A stretch of 32,000 nucleotides of DNA from Candidatus Jordarchaeales archaeon (GCA_038889235.1 JAWAHN010000001.1:914499-946498), one strand, 5' to 3'. Shown: positions 17,104 to 27,254, counted from the first letter of the stretch. Program-made: numbers and translations. Notes: a model not told the origin generated them from the letters alone.

Positions 17104-18652
17104 CGTGAAAGAGATACTGAAAAAAGCTGAAGAGGATTACGAGGAAGCATGGCTTGAGTCACGTAAACTCCTTAGGATCGATGGAAGATATTTTAAGCTT
17201 AAATCTCCCGGAAGAAGCAACGAGGTAATGGATTTCGTAGAAGAAGTTAGAAAAGCGCTCGTGGAAATGGGTTTTGAAGAGGTCATTCTACCCGTAATTG
17301 TCGATGAGAGTGAAGTCCGTAAAGAGTATGGACCAGAAGCAACAGTCATCCTGGACAGAGTCTTTTACTTGGCTGGACTACCTAGACCCGACATAGGTCT
17401 GAGCAAGGAGCATATCGAACAAATCAAGAAAATAGTTCCCTCATTCAACGATTTTGAAAAAATGCAGAGAATACTTAGAAGCTACAAGAAAGGAGAAATA
17501 GAGGCGGACGATCTAATCGAAACTATGGTTAAAGAGTTAGGGATAAGCGAAGGAGACGCGGCGAGGATAATAGATAGCGTTTTTCATGAATTCAAGAAAC
17601 TTACGCCCACTCCGTCGCCTCTCACTCTCAGGTCGCACATGACGGCTTTATGGTTCCCAGTTCTTAGTGCGATTTACAAATACAAATGGAGAGAGCCGCC
17701 CGTTCAACTCTTCACCGTGGGATTGAAGTTTAGGAGAGAACAAAAGATAGATCCAACACACCTTTACGCTTCGTACACTGCGTCGTTTGTCATAATGGCG
17801 GAAGAGATAAGCCTGGAAGATGGTAAAAGCGTTATCCAAGAATTCCTAAAGAAGCTTGGTTTCACGGAGGCAAAATTTAAACTTAAGGCTACGACTTCAA
17901 AGTATTATGCTCCTCAAACCGAGTTTGAAGTCTTCATACAACACCCGAAAACCGGAGATTGGATAGAGGTTGGAGACTGCGGTTTCTATTCTCCTGTAAG
18001 CCTCGCAAAGTACGACATAGATATTCCAGTATTCAATGCGGGATTTGGTATAGAAAGGTTCGTCATGATAAAAACCGGGGAGGAAGATGTAAGGAGGCTC
18101 AGTTATCCCTACTTCTACAGGAAGGACGTTTACTCTGACGAAGAAATAGCGGAAGGGATACGATATGCGGAAGTGCCGGAAACAAAGCTTGGCGAAGAAA
18201 TAATGGATGCGATAATAAGGGTAGCTGAAGCAAACAAGGACGCGGAAGCTCCATGCAGGTTCATCGCTTGGAGTGGAGAAACAAGCAAAGGAAAACTAAC
18301 AGTAGTTGTCTTCGAAAACGAGGAAGGAGTCAAACTATTAGGCCCAGCCGCATTAAACGTAATATGTGTTCACGACGGAAACGTTTTAGGGCTTCCACCA
18401 TCTGAAACAAGGGGGACTATGACCAAGTTGAGGTACCTAGACGGGGTGGCCGCGCTATTCGCTAAGAGAATTGAGAAAGAAGTCCTAGAGGAAGGTAAGC
18501 GTGAAATAACCATGAAAGTGAGAATGGTGAAGAAACCTTCAGACGTCAACATATACTTAAATGAAAGAGTTAGGCGTTATATTTCGTCAAAGAATAAAAA
18601 GATAGACATCAGAGGACCTGTATTCGTGAGTCTAGCGGCGTCACTAGAATAA
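17093..18652 (+). CDS. sepS: O-phosphoseryl-tRNA(Cys) synthetase
   Basis: MRFN...YEEAW, ILDRVFYLAGLPRPDIG, TLRSHMT, FRREQ, SKYYAP and GIERF motifs. Confidence 0.95.
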   Translation: MRFNVKEILKKAEEDYEEAWLESRKLLRIDGRYFKLKSPGRSNEVMDFVEEVRKALVEMGFEEVILPVIVDESEVRKEYGPEATVILDRVFYLAGLPRPDIGLSKEHIEQIKKIVPSFNDFEKMQRILRSYKKGEIEADDLIETMVKELGISEGDAARIIDSVFHEFKKLTPTPSPLTLRSHMTALWFPVLSAIYKYKWREPPVQLFTVGLKFRREQKIDPTHLYASYTASFVIMAEEISLEDGKSVIQEFLKKLGFTEAKFKLKATTSKYYAPQTEFEVFIQHPKTGDWIEVGDCGFYSPVSLAKYDIDIPVFNAGFGIERFVMIKTGEEDVRRLSYPYFYRKDVYSDEEIAEGIRYAEVPETKLGEEIMDAIIRVAEANKDAEAPCRFIAWSGETSKGKLTVVVFENEEGVKLLGPAALNVICVHDGNVLGLPPSETRGTMTKLRYLDGVAALFAKRIEKEVLEEGKREITMKVRMVKKPSDVNIYLNERVRRYISSKNKKIDIRGPVFVSLAASLE

Positions 18653-18667
18653 GGTACAGAAGGTGTA

Positions 18668-19345
18668 GTGGGCTTGAACGAAGAGCTGTGGTTCACTTTA
18701 CTTGAAATAGCTTTAATGGGAGGATGTGAAGGAGCTGTCGACGTTTCATCGACGCGACTCGCAAGTAAGCTTAAGGTTAGCCAGCAAACTGCTGCTAGGC
18801 GATTGAAACAGCTAGAAAAAGAGGGGCTCATAGTTAGGGAGATATCGACTAGGGGGCAAAATGTCAGAGTTACTGATGAAGGTGTAAGGAGGCTTTTCGA
18901 AGTTTATGTTGGGCTCAAGAGAATTTTCGAGGAAAAAGTTAAGACGATTAAGATAAAGGGTGAAGTATTCAGTGGAATGAAGGAAGGAAGGTACTACGTG
19001 TCAATTGAAGGGTATAGGAAAAGGTTCGAGGAGAAGCTAGGGTTCACACCTTACCCAGGCACTTTGAACCTGAAGCTGAAATCGTATCATGACATGCAAG
19101 CGAGGAAGCTTCTAGAGGCTTATCCGGGAATAGTTATAGAGGAGTTCGAGGAGGGGGGGAGGACCTTCGGGAAAGTTAAGTGCTTTAAAGCCTTGATTGA
19201 AAACAAAATTGAGGGAAGTGTCTTACTGATTAATCGTACGCATTACGGAGAGGACGTTATAGAAGTTATTTCCCCGGTATTCCTTAGGGAAGCTCTCAAC
19301 GTAAAGGACGGGGACAGTGTAATGGTTTGCGTGTTCCTCGAGTGA
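18668..19345 (+). CDS. ribK: CTP-dependent riboflavin kinase with N-terminal HTH (RbkR-type fusion)
   Basis: N-terminal SQQTAARRL HTH; VFSGMKEGRYY, GFTPYPGTLN and RTHY motifs. Confidence 0.93.
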   Translation: MGLNEELWFTLLEIALMGGCEGAVDVSSTRLASKLKVSQQTAARRLKQLEKEGLIVREISTRGQNVRVTDEGVRRLFEVYVGLKRIFEEKVKTIKIKGEVFSGMKEGRYYVSIEGYRKRFEEKLGFTPYPGTLNLKLKSYHDMQARKLLEAYPGIVIEEFEEGGRTFGKVKCFKALIENKIEGSVLLINRTHYGEDVIEVISPVFLREALNVKDGDSVMVCVFLE

Positions 19346-19363
19346 ACTACTGGAGGCGAGAAC

Positions 19364-19816
19364 TTGAAGAAAGTGATGGTTTTCGGGACCTTTGACATAC
19401 TGCATGCAGGGCACTTAAAGTTCCTTGAGGAGGCAAAGAAGCTTGGAGGAGAAGGGGCGAGGCTCGTCGTGGTAGTAGCTAGAGATTCCACTGTGTGTAA
19501 AGTGCGTGGCAGACCCCCGATATTCAGCGAGGAGGACAGGAGAAGATTAATAGAGGGATTGAAGCCCGTCGACAAAGCGATTTTAGGCTACGAAGGAGAC
19601 GACATGCTTAAAGTGGTCGAAGAGGAGAAGCCTGACGTCATAGTGCTCGGATACGACCAGAGGAAAAACACTGAAGAGTTCATAAATGAACTAAGAAGTA
19701 GAGGAATTAACGCTGAGGTTTACAGGCTTCCAAAATACGGGGAGTCAAACAGTTCGAGCATAATAATCAAGAGAATAGTTGAAATGGTCAAAAAGTTTGG
19801 TGAGCGAGAAGGCTAA
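19364..19816 (+). CDS. ribL: Archaeal FAD synthase (cytidylyltransferase-like)
   Basis: GTFDILHAGH, VVVARD and LGYDQ motifs; follows ribK. Confidence 0.88.
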   Translation: MKKVMVFGTFDILHAGHLKFLEEAKKLGGEGARLVVVVARDSTVCKVRGRPPIFSEEDRRRLIEGLKPVDKAILGYEGDDMLKVVEEEKPDVIVLGYDQRKNTEEFINELRSRGINAEVYRLPKYGESNSSSIIIKRIVEMVKKFGEREG

Positions 19817-20601
19817 GGAGGCAAAGGGGCGGCAGCCAGAAGTTGTAAAGCCTCCCTTTCCTTGAAGTGAAGCGAACCAGTAACTATCAAGACATGAGGG
19901 GGAGGGCCAAAGTCGAACTTTATGAGATTTTGAGGAAAGTCTGCCTTGATAGTGGGATTCTCGGACCCAACTCTCGCTACGCCAACCATCAAGGTGTCCT
20001 TTAGTAGAGGTTTTTGGGGGGCTACTTTTCGCTCCAGTTCAAGCAGGATAAGTACAGCTTCGTTTATAGTCATAAATCGCTTTTCATCAGCCTTAATATC
20101 AAGAAAGACTAACGTGTGTAGTCCACGCTCTAAATTCTCTTTTATAACCAGGTACGGGGTTTCAGGGAAGTATTTCTCCTCTGGGAAAGGTATGGTTACC
20201 GATTTACCGAACTTGTAATTCTCCAGTCCACATATGCTTGGAGCGGCTGAGTGTATTGATACACCGTGAACGACGCGGGTTTTTATTCCAAGTCTTTCAG
20301 CTTCAAGTCTAAGGGCGATGTGTGTCGTGGCTATCATAGGATCTCCAGGGACGAGTAAAGCAATTCTCTTCCCTTTTGCGCGCGAAAGTAATTTTGAGGC
20401 ATTTTCCTCAAGGTCTTTTCGCGTAAGAAGCTGCACTTCCTTACCAATCAAAGTTTCTAGTGCATCTTTAGTTAGTCCACCCATGAAACTAGTGTACGTT
20501 TCAAGGTAAACTTCTTCAGCAGAGCGGGCAGCGTTTAACCCTTTAACCGTTATATCCGTGGCGTCCCATAAACCTAGACCTATGAAGACAAGCTCACCCA
20601 A
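19813..20601 (-). CDS. dph5: Diphthine synthase
   Basis: LVFIGLGL, YLETYTS, GDPMIATTH, GLENYKFGKS, GLHTLVFLDI and FGPPPH motifs. Likely start is TTG 20601. Confidence 0.95.
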   Translation of the reverse strand: MGELVFIGLGLWDATDITVKGLNAARSAEEVYLETYTSFMGGLTKDALETLIGKEVQLLTRKDLEENASKLLSRAKGKRIALLVPGDPMIATTHIALRLEAERLGIKTRVVHGVSIHSAAPSICGLENYKFGKSVTIPFPEEKYFPETPYLVIKENLERGLHTLVFLDIKADEKRFMTINEAVLILLELERKVAPQKPLLKDTLMVGVARVGSENPTIKADFPQNLIKFDFGPPPHVLIVTGSLHFKEREALQLLAAAPLPP

Positions 20602-20624
20602 CTTAACCTCCACCTTCAAAAGGT

Positions 20625-21704
20625 TCAAACGCTGATTTGCCCCGGTTTGAATATACCCTTCTCGGTAACGATAGAAGTGATGTACTTCGCAGGAGTTATA
20701 TCGAACGCAGGGTTCCTTATTTCAACATCGTAGTGTATTCTTATGTAAGTGGACTCCCCTGATTTGGGGTTATATCCCTTCACGTGAGTTACTTCTTCTG
20801 AGGGGCGTTCTTCTATTTTTAAGGGAGAACCCGTAAGGTCTATTGTGGTGGTTGGTGCTGCGACTATGAAGGGAACGTTGCTTTCGTACGCTGCGACTGC
20901 AAGCATATACGTCCCTATCTTGTTCACTACGTCTCCATTTGGGAGTATGCGGTCTGCACCCACCAAGACGACGTCTACTTCGCCTCTATGAATATAGTAG
21001 CCTGCAGCAGAATCAACTACTAGGCAGTGGGGGATTCCTTCCTGCGACAACTCCCAGCAGGTAAGCCGGCCTTGTAACCAAGGCCGAGTTTCTGTTGCGT
21101 AGACAAAAATGTTTTTTCCTTGTGCGTGCGCAAAGCGAACTATACTAAGTGCAGTTCCGTAGTCCACCGTTCCCAACGCGCCAGGATTACAATGGACTAG
21201 AATTCTTGCTCCTTTAGGTATTAGGCGACTTCCCAACTCCCCTATTTTTTTGCATGCCTCAACGTTTTCCTGCGCGATTTTTCTTGCCTCACTAAGAACA
21301 GCTTGTGCTATGGCATCCGAGGAGTTCAGTTCTTCACATGCGCATAAAACGCGGGTGAGCATATTCTTCATGTCCACGGCGGTCGGCCTAGTAGCGAGGA
21401 AGCGGGCAGCTGACTTACTGAGGAGAGCTTTCAGTTCGCTTGGGGGGGCGGAAACGTTTTGAAGAGCAACTTGAGCTAAACCGTAACATGCAGCCACCCC
21501 TATGGCTGGAGCTCCTCTAACTTTCATCGTTCTTATAGCGTCAACGACTTCATCAACGCTTTGCGCTCTGTAAATTGAAAACTCAAATGGAAGCTTTGTC
21601 TGATCGATCATGCATACCGAGTCACCTTCCATCCAGACGGTTTGGAACTCTTTCACTTCACCGCCGACTCTAACCTTCACGTTTATCAACCTCACGCTGT
21701 CCAT
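20625..21704 (-). CDS. mtnA: Methylthioribose-1-phosphate isomerase (eIF-2B alpha-like family)
   Basis: IDQTKLP, VRGAPAIG, TRPTAV, HCNPG, ETRP, GADRI, NKIGTY and NPAFDITP motifs. Likely start is ATG 21704. Confidence 0.88.
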   Translation of the reverse strand: MDSVRLINVKVRVGGEVKEFQTVWMEGDSVCMIDQTKLPFEFSIYRAQSVDEVVDAIRTMKVRGAPAIGVAACYGLAQVALQNVSAPPSELKALLSKSAARFLATRPTAVDMKNMLTRVLCACEELNSSDAIAQAVLSEARKIAQENVEACKKIGELGSRLIPKGARILVHCNPGALGTVDYGTALSIVRFAHAQGKNIFVYATETRPWLQGRLTCWELSQEGIPHCLVVDSAAGYYIHRGEVDVVLVGADRILPNGDVVNKIGTYMLAVAAYESNVPFIVAAPTTTIDLTGSPLKIEERPSEEVTHVKGYNPKSGESTYIRIHYDVEIRNPAFDITPAKYITSIVTEKGIFKPGQISV

Positions 21705-21786
21705 GGCGAAAAAAGTTAGACTAATCACCTTCAAGCTTCAGAATTAACGTTAACTGTGGCTCTACTAAAAATCTCACGGTGCTGCT

Positions 21787-22344
21787 TCACTTCTTGTAGG
21801 CAGAAATTAGGTCAATTTTCGTAATTATACCCACCACTTCTCCCTTGTCTACAACTAGCACTGCAGGGTTCCCGCTCACTATAAGGTGGTGGACGACCTC
21901 GATACTTGTGAGTGGGTTAACTGTCGGGAAGCTTTCTTCCATTATTTCGCCAACGGTCTTGTCGAATACGTCCTTCCCTTCTGAGAGGTACTTCATTATT
22001 GTGCTCTCGCTTATGCTGCCAACTAAACGCCCCTTGTCTATGACTGGTAGTTGCGAGATGCTGTTCTTTTCCATGAGACTAATGGCTGTTCGAACAGTTT
22101 CGTCAGATGAAACAGAAATAACTGGGGAGAACATTATGTCCCTAGCGCAGATCTTGTTTTTCTCAAACGCACTCAACGCATTAACTATTTTCCTGAGCGT
22201 TGATAGGCGTGGATCCACGGAGCCAGACTCTATCCTGGCAATCAGCGACTGGCTTACACCAGCCATCCTTGCTAGCTCTTCCTGAGTGATTCCTAGACGT
22301 TTCCTCGCCTGCTTAAGATCCTCTGGTGAGGGGAGATAAAACAT
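21787..22344 (-). CDS. XRE-family HTH plus tandem CBS-domain regulator
   Basis: LKQARKRLGITQEELARMAGVSQSLIARIESG followed by two CBS repeats. Likely start is ATG 22344 after GGTGA. Confidence 0.9.
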   Translation of the reverse strand: MFYLPSPEDLKQARKRLGITQEELARMAGVSQSLIARIESGSVDPRLSTLRKIVNALSAFEKNKICARDIMFSPVISVSSDETVRTAISLMEKNSISQLPVIDKGRLVGSISESTIMKYLSEGKDVFDKTVGEIMEESFPTVNPLTSIEVVHHLIVSGNPAVLVVDKGEVVGIITKIDLISAYKK

Positions 22345-22518
22345 TGAAATCACCCTAAAAGGTGGAGAAACAATTTTTGCCCCATAAAACATCCTAGAAA
22401 AAGTATAGGACTTCTTGTCACTTTTAATTTTTCCATAGTCCTGAAGGGGAAATTTATAGGCGTAGAGACAAAGTGTTGATAGGAAACTTGGAACTTACGG
22501 TATTGGAAGGGACGCCGC

Positions 22519-24837
22519 GTGAAGAAGAGATGCGAAATAGTGTGCAGCGGAATAGTTCAAGGAGTAGGTATGCGCCCGTTCGTCTACCGGCTAGCTGTCA
22601 AAAATAACCTTACGGGATACGTCTTAAACTTAGGAGACGCTGGGGTAAAAATAGTAGTTGAAGGAGAGGAACGTGACATAAGAAGTTTCTTAAAGGAACT
22701 TAGAATTAAGAAGCCGCCGCTTGCAAGATTTGAAAAAATAAGAGTTAAGTGGAGTAGAGTAAAGGGAGGGTTTGAAACATTCAAAATAGAGAAGAGTAGT
22801 AATGAGAGGGTGCTTGAGAGCTCTTATATACCTCCAGACGTGGCAATCTGCGATAACTGTATACAGGACGTGCTAAACCCCAATGACAGGCATTATAGAT
22901 ACGCGTTTACATGTTGCGCGGACTGCGGTCCAAGGTATACGTCAATAATAGAGGTACCCTATGACAGAGAGAGAACAACGATGCGCGACTTCCCCCTATG
23001 CGATTATTGCATGGAGGAGTACACAAATCCAATGGACAGGAGGTATCACGCCCAAGGAATATGCTGCCCTCTCTGCGGCCCAAAAATTACACTTCACGCT
23101 AAAGGAGGCGAAATTATAGATTGTAAAGACCCTATAAGAGAGGCGGCTAAGCTAATAAACGAAGGAGCAATACTGGCCGTGAAAGGTATAGGTGGCAGCC
23201 ACTTAGCAACACTCACAACAGACGACGAGTGTGTGCTTAAGCTAAGACAGAGAAAAAAAGACAGAAAGTACAAGCCTTTCGCCGTCATGTCCTTAAACCT
23301 TGACGAAGTGAGAAAGTATGCTGTGGTTAGCCGAAAAGAGGAGGAGGTCCTAACCTCGTTCAGGCGGCCCATAGTGTTGCTAAAAAAGAGAGAGGATTTC
23401 CCACTTTCCGAGTGGATTAGCCCTGGACTGCATAACATAGGTGTAATGCTGCCTTATTCAGGGCTGCACGTACTGTTGTTGCAGGAAGTCGCAGACCCTG
23501 CAGTCATAATGACGAGCGGCAACGTATCAGGAAAACCTATAGCTGCAAACAACGAAGAGATACTATCGCGCCTTAATGACATAGCAGACTACTTCTTACT
23601 TCACAACAGGGTGATATACCAGAGGTGTGACGACTCTGTAGTGAAAATAGTTGACGGGAAAACTAAGCTGATACGCAGGTCTAGGGGCTTCGTGCCAGAG
23701 CCCATAGAAACGCCGGTTCCGTATAAAGGGAGTGGTATACTAGCTGTCGGGCCAGAACTAACGGTAACTGTAAGCGTTATGAAAGGTAACAGGTGTTATC
23801 CGAGCCAACATATAGGCGATGTTTCAGGAGACCTCGACATGATAGAGTTTCACGAGAATGTCGTAGCTCACCTGTTAAAGCTTTTCAACGTGAAACCCGA
23901 AGCAATAGCGTGTGACCTGCACCCCCAATTCACGACAACCAGAATTGCTGAAGAGCTTGCTGAAAAGTGGCGGATTCCAGTGATAAGAGTTCAACATCAT
24001 CAGGCTCACGCAGCGTCACTAAAAGCGGAGCACAAAGTGGATGAACCAATGGTATGCATAGCGAGCGACGGCGTTGGCTATGGAGCGGACGGAACTATAT
24101 GGGGAGGAGAAGTACTATTACTGCCAGATTATCTGACGAGCGAGAGGCGCGGGCACCTCATGCCCAACATCATGCCTGGAGGCGACCAAGCAACAAAATA
24201 TCCTATAAGAATGGCAGCGTCCATCCTCAGTAAGGTTCTTTCAGACAGCGAGCTCAGGGAAATTCTGATCTCGAGGTATATTGACGGGTTTAAGTACGGT
24301 GAGAGAGAGGTCGAAGTTGTTTTGAAAATGATAAGAGATGGTAGGGGTAACCTCACGACGAGCACCGGACGCGTTCTGGACGCCATAGCCGCCCTACTCA
24401 GAATATGCATGGAGAAAACGTATCAAGGGGAGCCGGCGATGAGATTGGAAGCTGCAGCCGCCAAAGGAAAACCAACCTTGAAGATAGAGCCCAAAATACT
24501 TTACTCAAACGGAAAGTATGTACTGGACACCTCTCAAATTCTGTTCGACGTGTTACAAGCAATAGGGAAAGAAAAGGTTGAAAACATAGCGGCGTCTGCC
24601 CAGTACGCTATCGCGGTGGGACTAGCAGATATTGCGGTGAGCGTAGCTCAGGATGAAGGAGTGAAAGTTGTCGGATTCACGGGGGGTGTAGCCTACAACG
24701 AAGCGATAACGAAAATAATAAGGAGATGTGTCGAGAAGAGCGGGCTAGTATTCGTACAACACTCAGTTGTACCCCCAGGCGACGCGGGGGTAAGCATAGG
24801 ACAGGCGGTGGTTGCAGCGTGTGAACTGATGAACTAG
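22519..24837 (+). CDS. hypF: Hydrogenase maturation carbamoyltransferase
   Basis: GIVQGVGMRP acylphosphatase domain, two Zn fingers (CDNC...CADC; CDYC...CPLC), KGIGG, HHQAH, DGVGYG and GDAG motifs. Confidence 0.97.
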   Translation: MKKRCEIVCSGIVQGVGMRPFVYRLAVKNNLTGYVLNLGDAGVKIVVEGEERDIRSFLKELRIKKPPLARFEKIRVKWSRVKGGFETFKIEKSSNERVLESSYIPPDVAICDNCIQDVLNPNDRHYRYAFTCCADCGPRYTSIIEVPYDRERTTMRDFPLCDYCMEEYTNPMDRRYHAQGICCPLCGPKITLHAKGGEIIDCKDPIREAAKLINEGAILAVKGIGGSHLATLTTDDECVLKLRQRKKDRKYKPFAVMSLNLDEVRKYAVVSRKEEEVLTSFRRPIVLLKKREDFPLSEWISPGLHNIGVMLPYSGLHVLLLQEVADPAVIMTSGNVSGKPIAANNEEILSRLNDIADYFLLHNRVIYQRCDDSVVKIVDGKTKLIRRSRGFVPEPIETPVPYKGSGILAVGPELTVTVSVMKGNRCYPSQHIGDVSGDLDMIEFHENVVAHLLKLFNVKPEAIACDLHPQFTTTRIAEELAEKWRIPVIRVQHHQAHAASLKAEHKVDEPMVCIASDGVGYGADGTIWGGEVLLLPDYLTSERRGHLMPNIMPGGDQATKYPIRMAASILSKVLSDSELREILISRYIDGFKYGEREVEVVLKMIRDGRGNLTTSTGRVLDAIAALLRICMEKTYQGEPAMRLEAAAAKGKPTLKIEPKILYSNGKYVLDTSQILFDVLQAIGKEKVENIAASAQYAIAVGLADIAVSVAQDEGVKVVGFTGGVAYNEAITKIIRRCVEKSGLVFVQHSVVPPGDAGVSIGQAVVAACELMN

Positions 24838-25343
24838 GGTCCACTTATAATCAAAAATGGTCTGGCGTACTCTTCGACAAGTCTAACTAACTGTTCCTCT
24901 AGTTTCTTAACGTGTTCTCCACGCTCGCCATACTCCAGCCCGACTTTTTCGCGGTAGTCTGAGATGAGATTTGAAAGCTCTACGTACGGCGCTAGGTTTG
25001 GAGAGTCTATGAGCCCCACGTATCCCAAAAGGATCAACGTGTAAATGGATTTGACGACATTCCTACATGCCTGCTCAAGCACACGTCTAAAGGCCCCCTT
25101 AGTGACACCGCTTTTCAAGCGAGGCTTCCTCCCCCTCGAGCTTCTAAGCGTCCTCAAAAATCCTTTAAGGGAATAGTGAGCTTTTTCTCCTATGTTTTCA
25201 TCCAAGAGAAAGTGAATGACGAGGGTCTCAAACTGTATGCGTGTAAGGTTGGAGTTAAGTAGAAGACGCGAAACTATAGGGTCGCTGAGCAGGCGACGCA
25301 GGGACTCTCTTAACTCGTCCAACTCAGCATCTCCGGCGCTCAA
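24834..25343 (-). CDS. Hypothetical origin-proximal protein, possible HTH
   Basis: DPIVSRLLLNSNLTRIQFETL and GVTKGAFRRVLEQACRNVVKSIYTLILLGYVG resemble, from memory, an uncharacterised archaeal family found near cdc6. Confidence 0.7.
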   Translation of the reverse strand: MSAGDAELDELRESLRRLLSDPIVSRLLLNSNLTRIQFETLVIHFLLDENIGEKAHYSLKGFLRTLRSSRGRKPRLKSGVTKGAFRRVLEQACRNVVKSIYTLILLGYVGLIDSPNLAPYVELSNLISDYREKVGLEYGERGEHVKKLEEQLVRLVEEYARPFLIISGP

Positions 25344-25345
25344 CT

Positions 25346-25777
25346 CTAACCACCCTCACTTTTCAGTTTGCTGAGTGCAGCGTACTGTTCCTCCAAAAGC
25401 TGGAATAAGCCAAGCTCCCTCAGCTCTGATTCATCAAACACCGTTTTCATTCTTTCCAGTATTGCAAGCCTGCAGAAGACTGTTGCACCACGCTCCCCAA
25501 ACTTCTTCTTGAGCAGAGAAATGAAACTGCTGGGCAGTCTTACGTTAAAGTTCTGATCCAGCCGAGTTCTAGGGTCCTTCCTAACATACACTATCTTTTC
25601 CACCACTTGAACCGACTGCGACACTTTCTCCTTTTCAGTTACAGCTAAGGAAGGAAGGGAGGGCACATTTGTGGACGCCATGTTCCCGTCACGGCTCAAA
25701 GGTTCCTGGGAGGCGTGTTGCTGCACGAGTCGCTCCTGCTCCTTAACCTTCTTCGCAATATCCACAAGCCTCGTCAT
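25346..25777 (-). CDS. Putative ribbon-helix-helix DNA-binding protein with a low-complexity N-terminal arm
   Basis: NFNVRLPSSFISLLKKKFGERGATVFCRLAILERM has an RHH strand-helix-helix pattern. Likely start is ATG 25777 after GGTGA. Confidence 0.55.
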   Translation of the reverse strand: MTRLVDIAKKVKEQERLVQQHASQEPLSRDGNMASTNVPSLPSLAVTEKEKVSQSVQVVEKIVYVRKDPRTRLDQNFNVRLPSSFISLLKKKFGERGATVFCRLAILERMKTVFDESELRELGLFQLLEEQYAALSKLKSEGG

Positions 25778-25827
25778 ATTATCACCGACATCGACATCTG
25801 ATATCAATATCTGAAACAGAAATCAGA

Positions 25828-26883
25828 TTACTCTGGGACCTCCTCGATGCGAGGCAGCGCCTCTATCAAGGCCCCGTCGATTATGGGGTTTCCACCTTCC
25901 TTGAACCTGTTAGCGGCAACAAACACTGCCTGATTGCAAAGCATGCGCAGGTCACGCCCTATGCCCATCGACTTTCGCCTCAGAACCGGAATAGCATCTT
26001 CGGTGAACGGGTGTATCTCGAATGACGACTCGTCAAACTCCTTAAGGCGGCCACTGGCCCAGTAAAGTCTCCTCCCTATGAACTCTCTAACACCCCGCTC
26101 GTCTAACGGCGCAAGCTCAATCTCCCAGCACCTATCGTAAAGGTGGGGAACACCCTCCTTGAGACCTATAACATGAGTCTTCGTTCCGGTCAAAACAAGC
26201 ATGCATATCATCTCGTCCTCATCGCCTTCCTCCGCGGAGCGCTTAATAGCTTCAAGCTCCCTTTCGTCGAGCTTCATCTTCTTAATCTTGAGGAACCGTC
26301 TAAACTCGTCTTCTTCTTCGAGCACAAACCTCTTCGCATCCTTCAGCGTCAGGTCTCCGATCTCTTTGACCTTAATGAAAACTTCAACATCGTTCTCGCC
26401 GAAATCATCTATGAATATCAAAGTAAGATATCTAGTCAAAAGATATCGAAGCATGATATCATACTTAATAAGCAAGTAAATGTCCTCAGCGTTGGCCGAG
26501 CGGGGATACGGGATCCTGAGCTTCCTAGCTAGGACCTCGGCCATCTGCTTAACGTAAAGCTTACTCTGGGAAACCATAACCGGGTAGAAGCGGTACTCAG
26601 GGTCGCCCTTCTTAGAGAGCTCCAACAAGTCCCCGTAGATCAACTCAAGAAGCGTCGTCTTACCCATCCCAGGGAACTCGCTAGTTATCAGTATGTGTCT
26701 TTCCCTAGACTTGATGTAATCATCAATTTCAACTATCACATCGTAGGGAGCCACAAACAACTCAGGGTCGCTTAAACGCACACTCGAAAACGGGTTCCAC
26801 CGCCACCCAAACAAAGAATAGTACGCATTCCTAACCTCGGCCACCGAAGGATATACACGCCCAACAGCGCCGATACGTTCCAT
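25828..26883 (-). CDS. ExeA/GspA-like AAA+ ATPase (stand-alone)
   Basis: YYSLFGWRWNPFS, Walker A SEFPGMGKTT, Walker B LIFIDD, LVLTG, LYDR, LAPLDERGVREFIGRRL and FTEDAI...SMGIGRDLRMLCNQA follow the ExeA pattern. Confidence 0.75.
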   Translation of the reverse strand: MERIGAVGRVYPSVAEVRNAYYSLFGWRWNPFSSVRLSDPELFVAPYDVIVEIDDYIKSRERHILITSEFPGMGKTTLLELIYGDLLELSKKGDPEYRFYPVMVSQSKLYVKQMAEVLARKLRIPYPRSANAEDIYLLIKYDIMLRYLLTRYLTLIFIDDFGENDVEVFIKVKEIGDLTLKDAKRFVLEEEDEFRRFLKIKKMKLDERELEAIKRSAEEGDEDEMICMLVLTGTKTHVIGLKEGVPHLYDRCWEIELAPLDERGVREFIGRRLYWASGRLKEFDESSFEIHPFTEDAIPVLRRKSMGIGRDLRMLCNQAVFVAANRFKEGGNPIIDGALIEALPRIEEVPE

Positions 26884-27230
26884 GAAATCTCACCCCGAAA
26901 CCTGATATCGAAATCTGAAAAAGATATCAGCACACAGACATCAACACCAAAAAGCGATATACGAAAACGAAGACAAAAATGATAGTAATACACACGTATT
27001 ACGAGAAGAACACAACAAGAGGAAAGGTTAGCCCCAGGGACGACGGAGAACAAAGTAGCCTTGAAAGGCGTCACAAGCCGCTGAGGGAGCCGAGAGCCAC
27101 GAAGAGTTTACAAAAAAGTATACCACAAGAACTAGGCTAAAGAAAAAGGCCAAGAAAGGAGGGGGATATAAACAAGGAACACCAAGGTATTACGTTAAAA
27201 ATACGAGGAAAACATGATGGTTTCCAGGGA

Positions 27231-27254
27231 TTTTTGGAACACGTGTTCCAAAAA
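27231..27254. repeat. Perfect 24-bp palindrome TTTTTGGAACAC|GTGTTCCAAAAA
   Basis: Read directly from the sequence. Confidence 0.9.

Noticed and set aside
25828-26883. ATPase as part of a type II secretion system or a Tn7/Mu-like transposon
   Set aside because: No secretion genes, peptidoglycan-binding domain, transposase or terminal repeats are present in the window.
26772-27074. 100-aa minus-strand ORF
   Set aside because: It overlaps the ATPase start, and its composition is explained by the skewed low-complexity tract.
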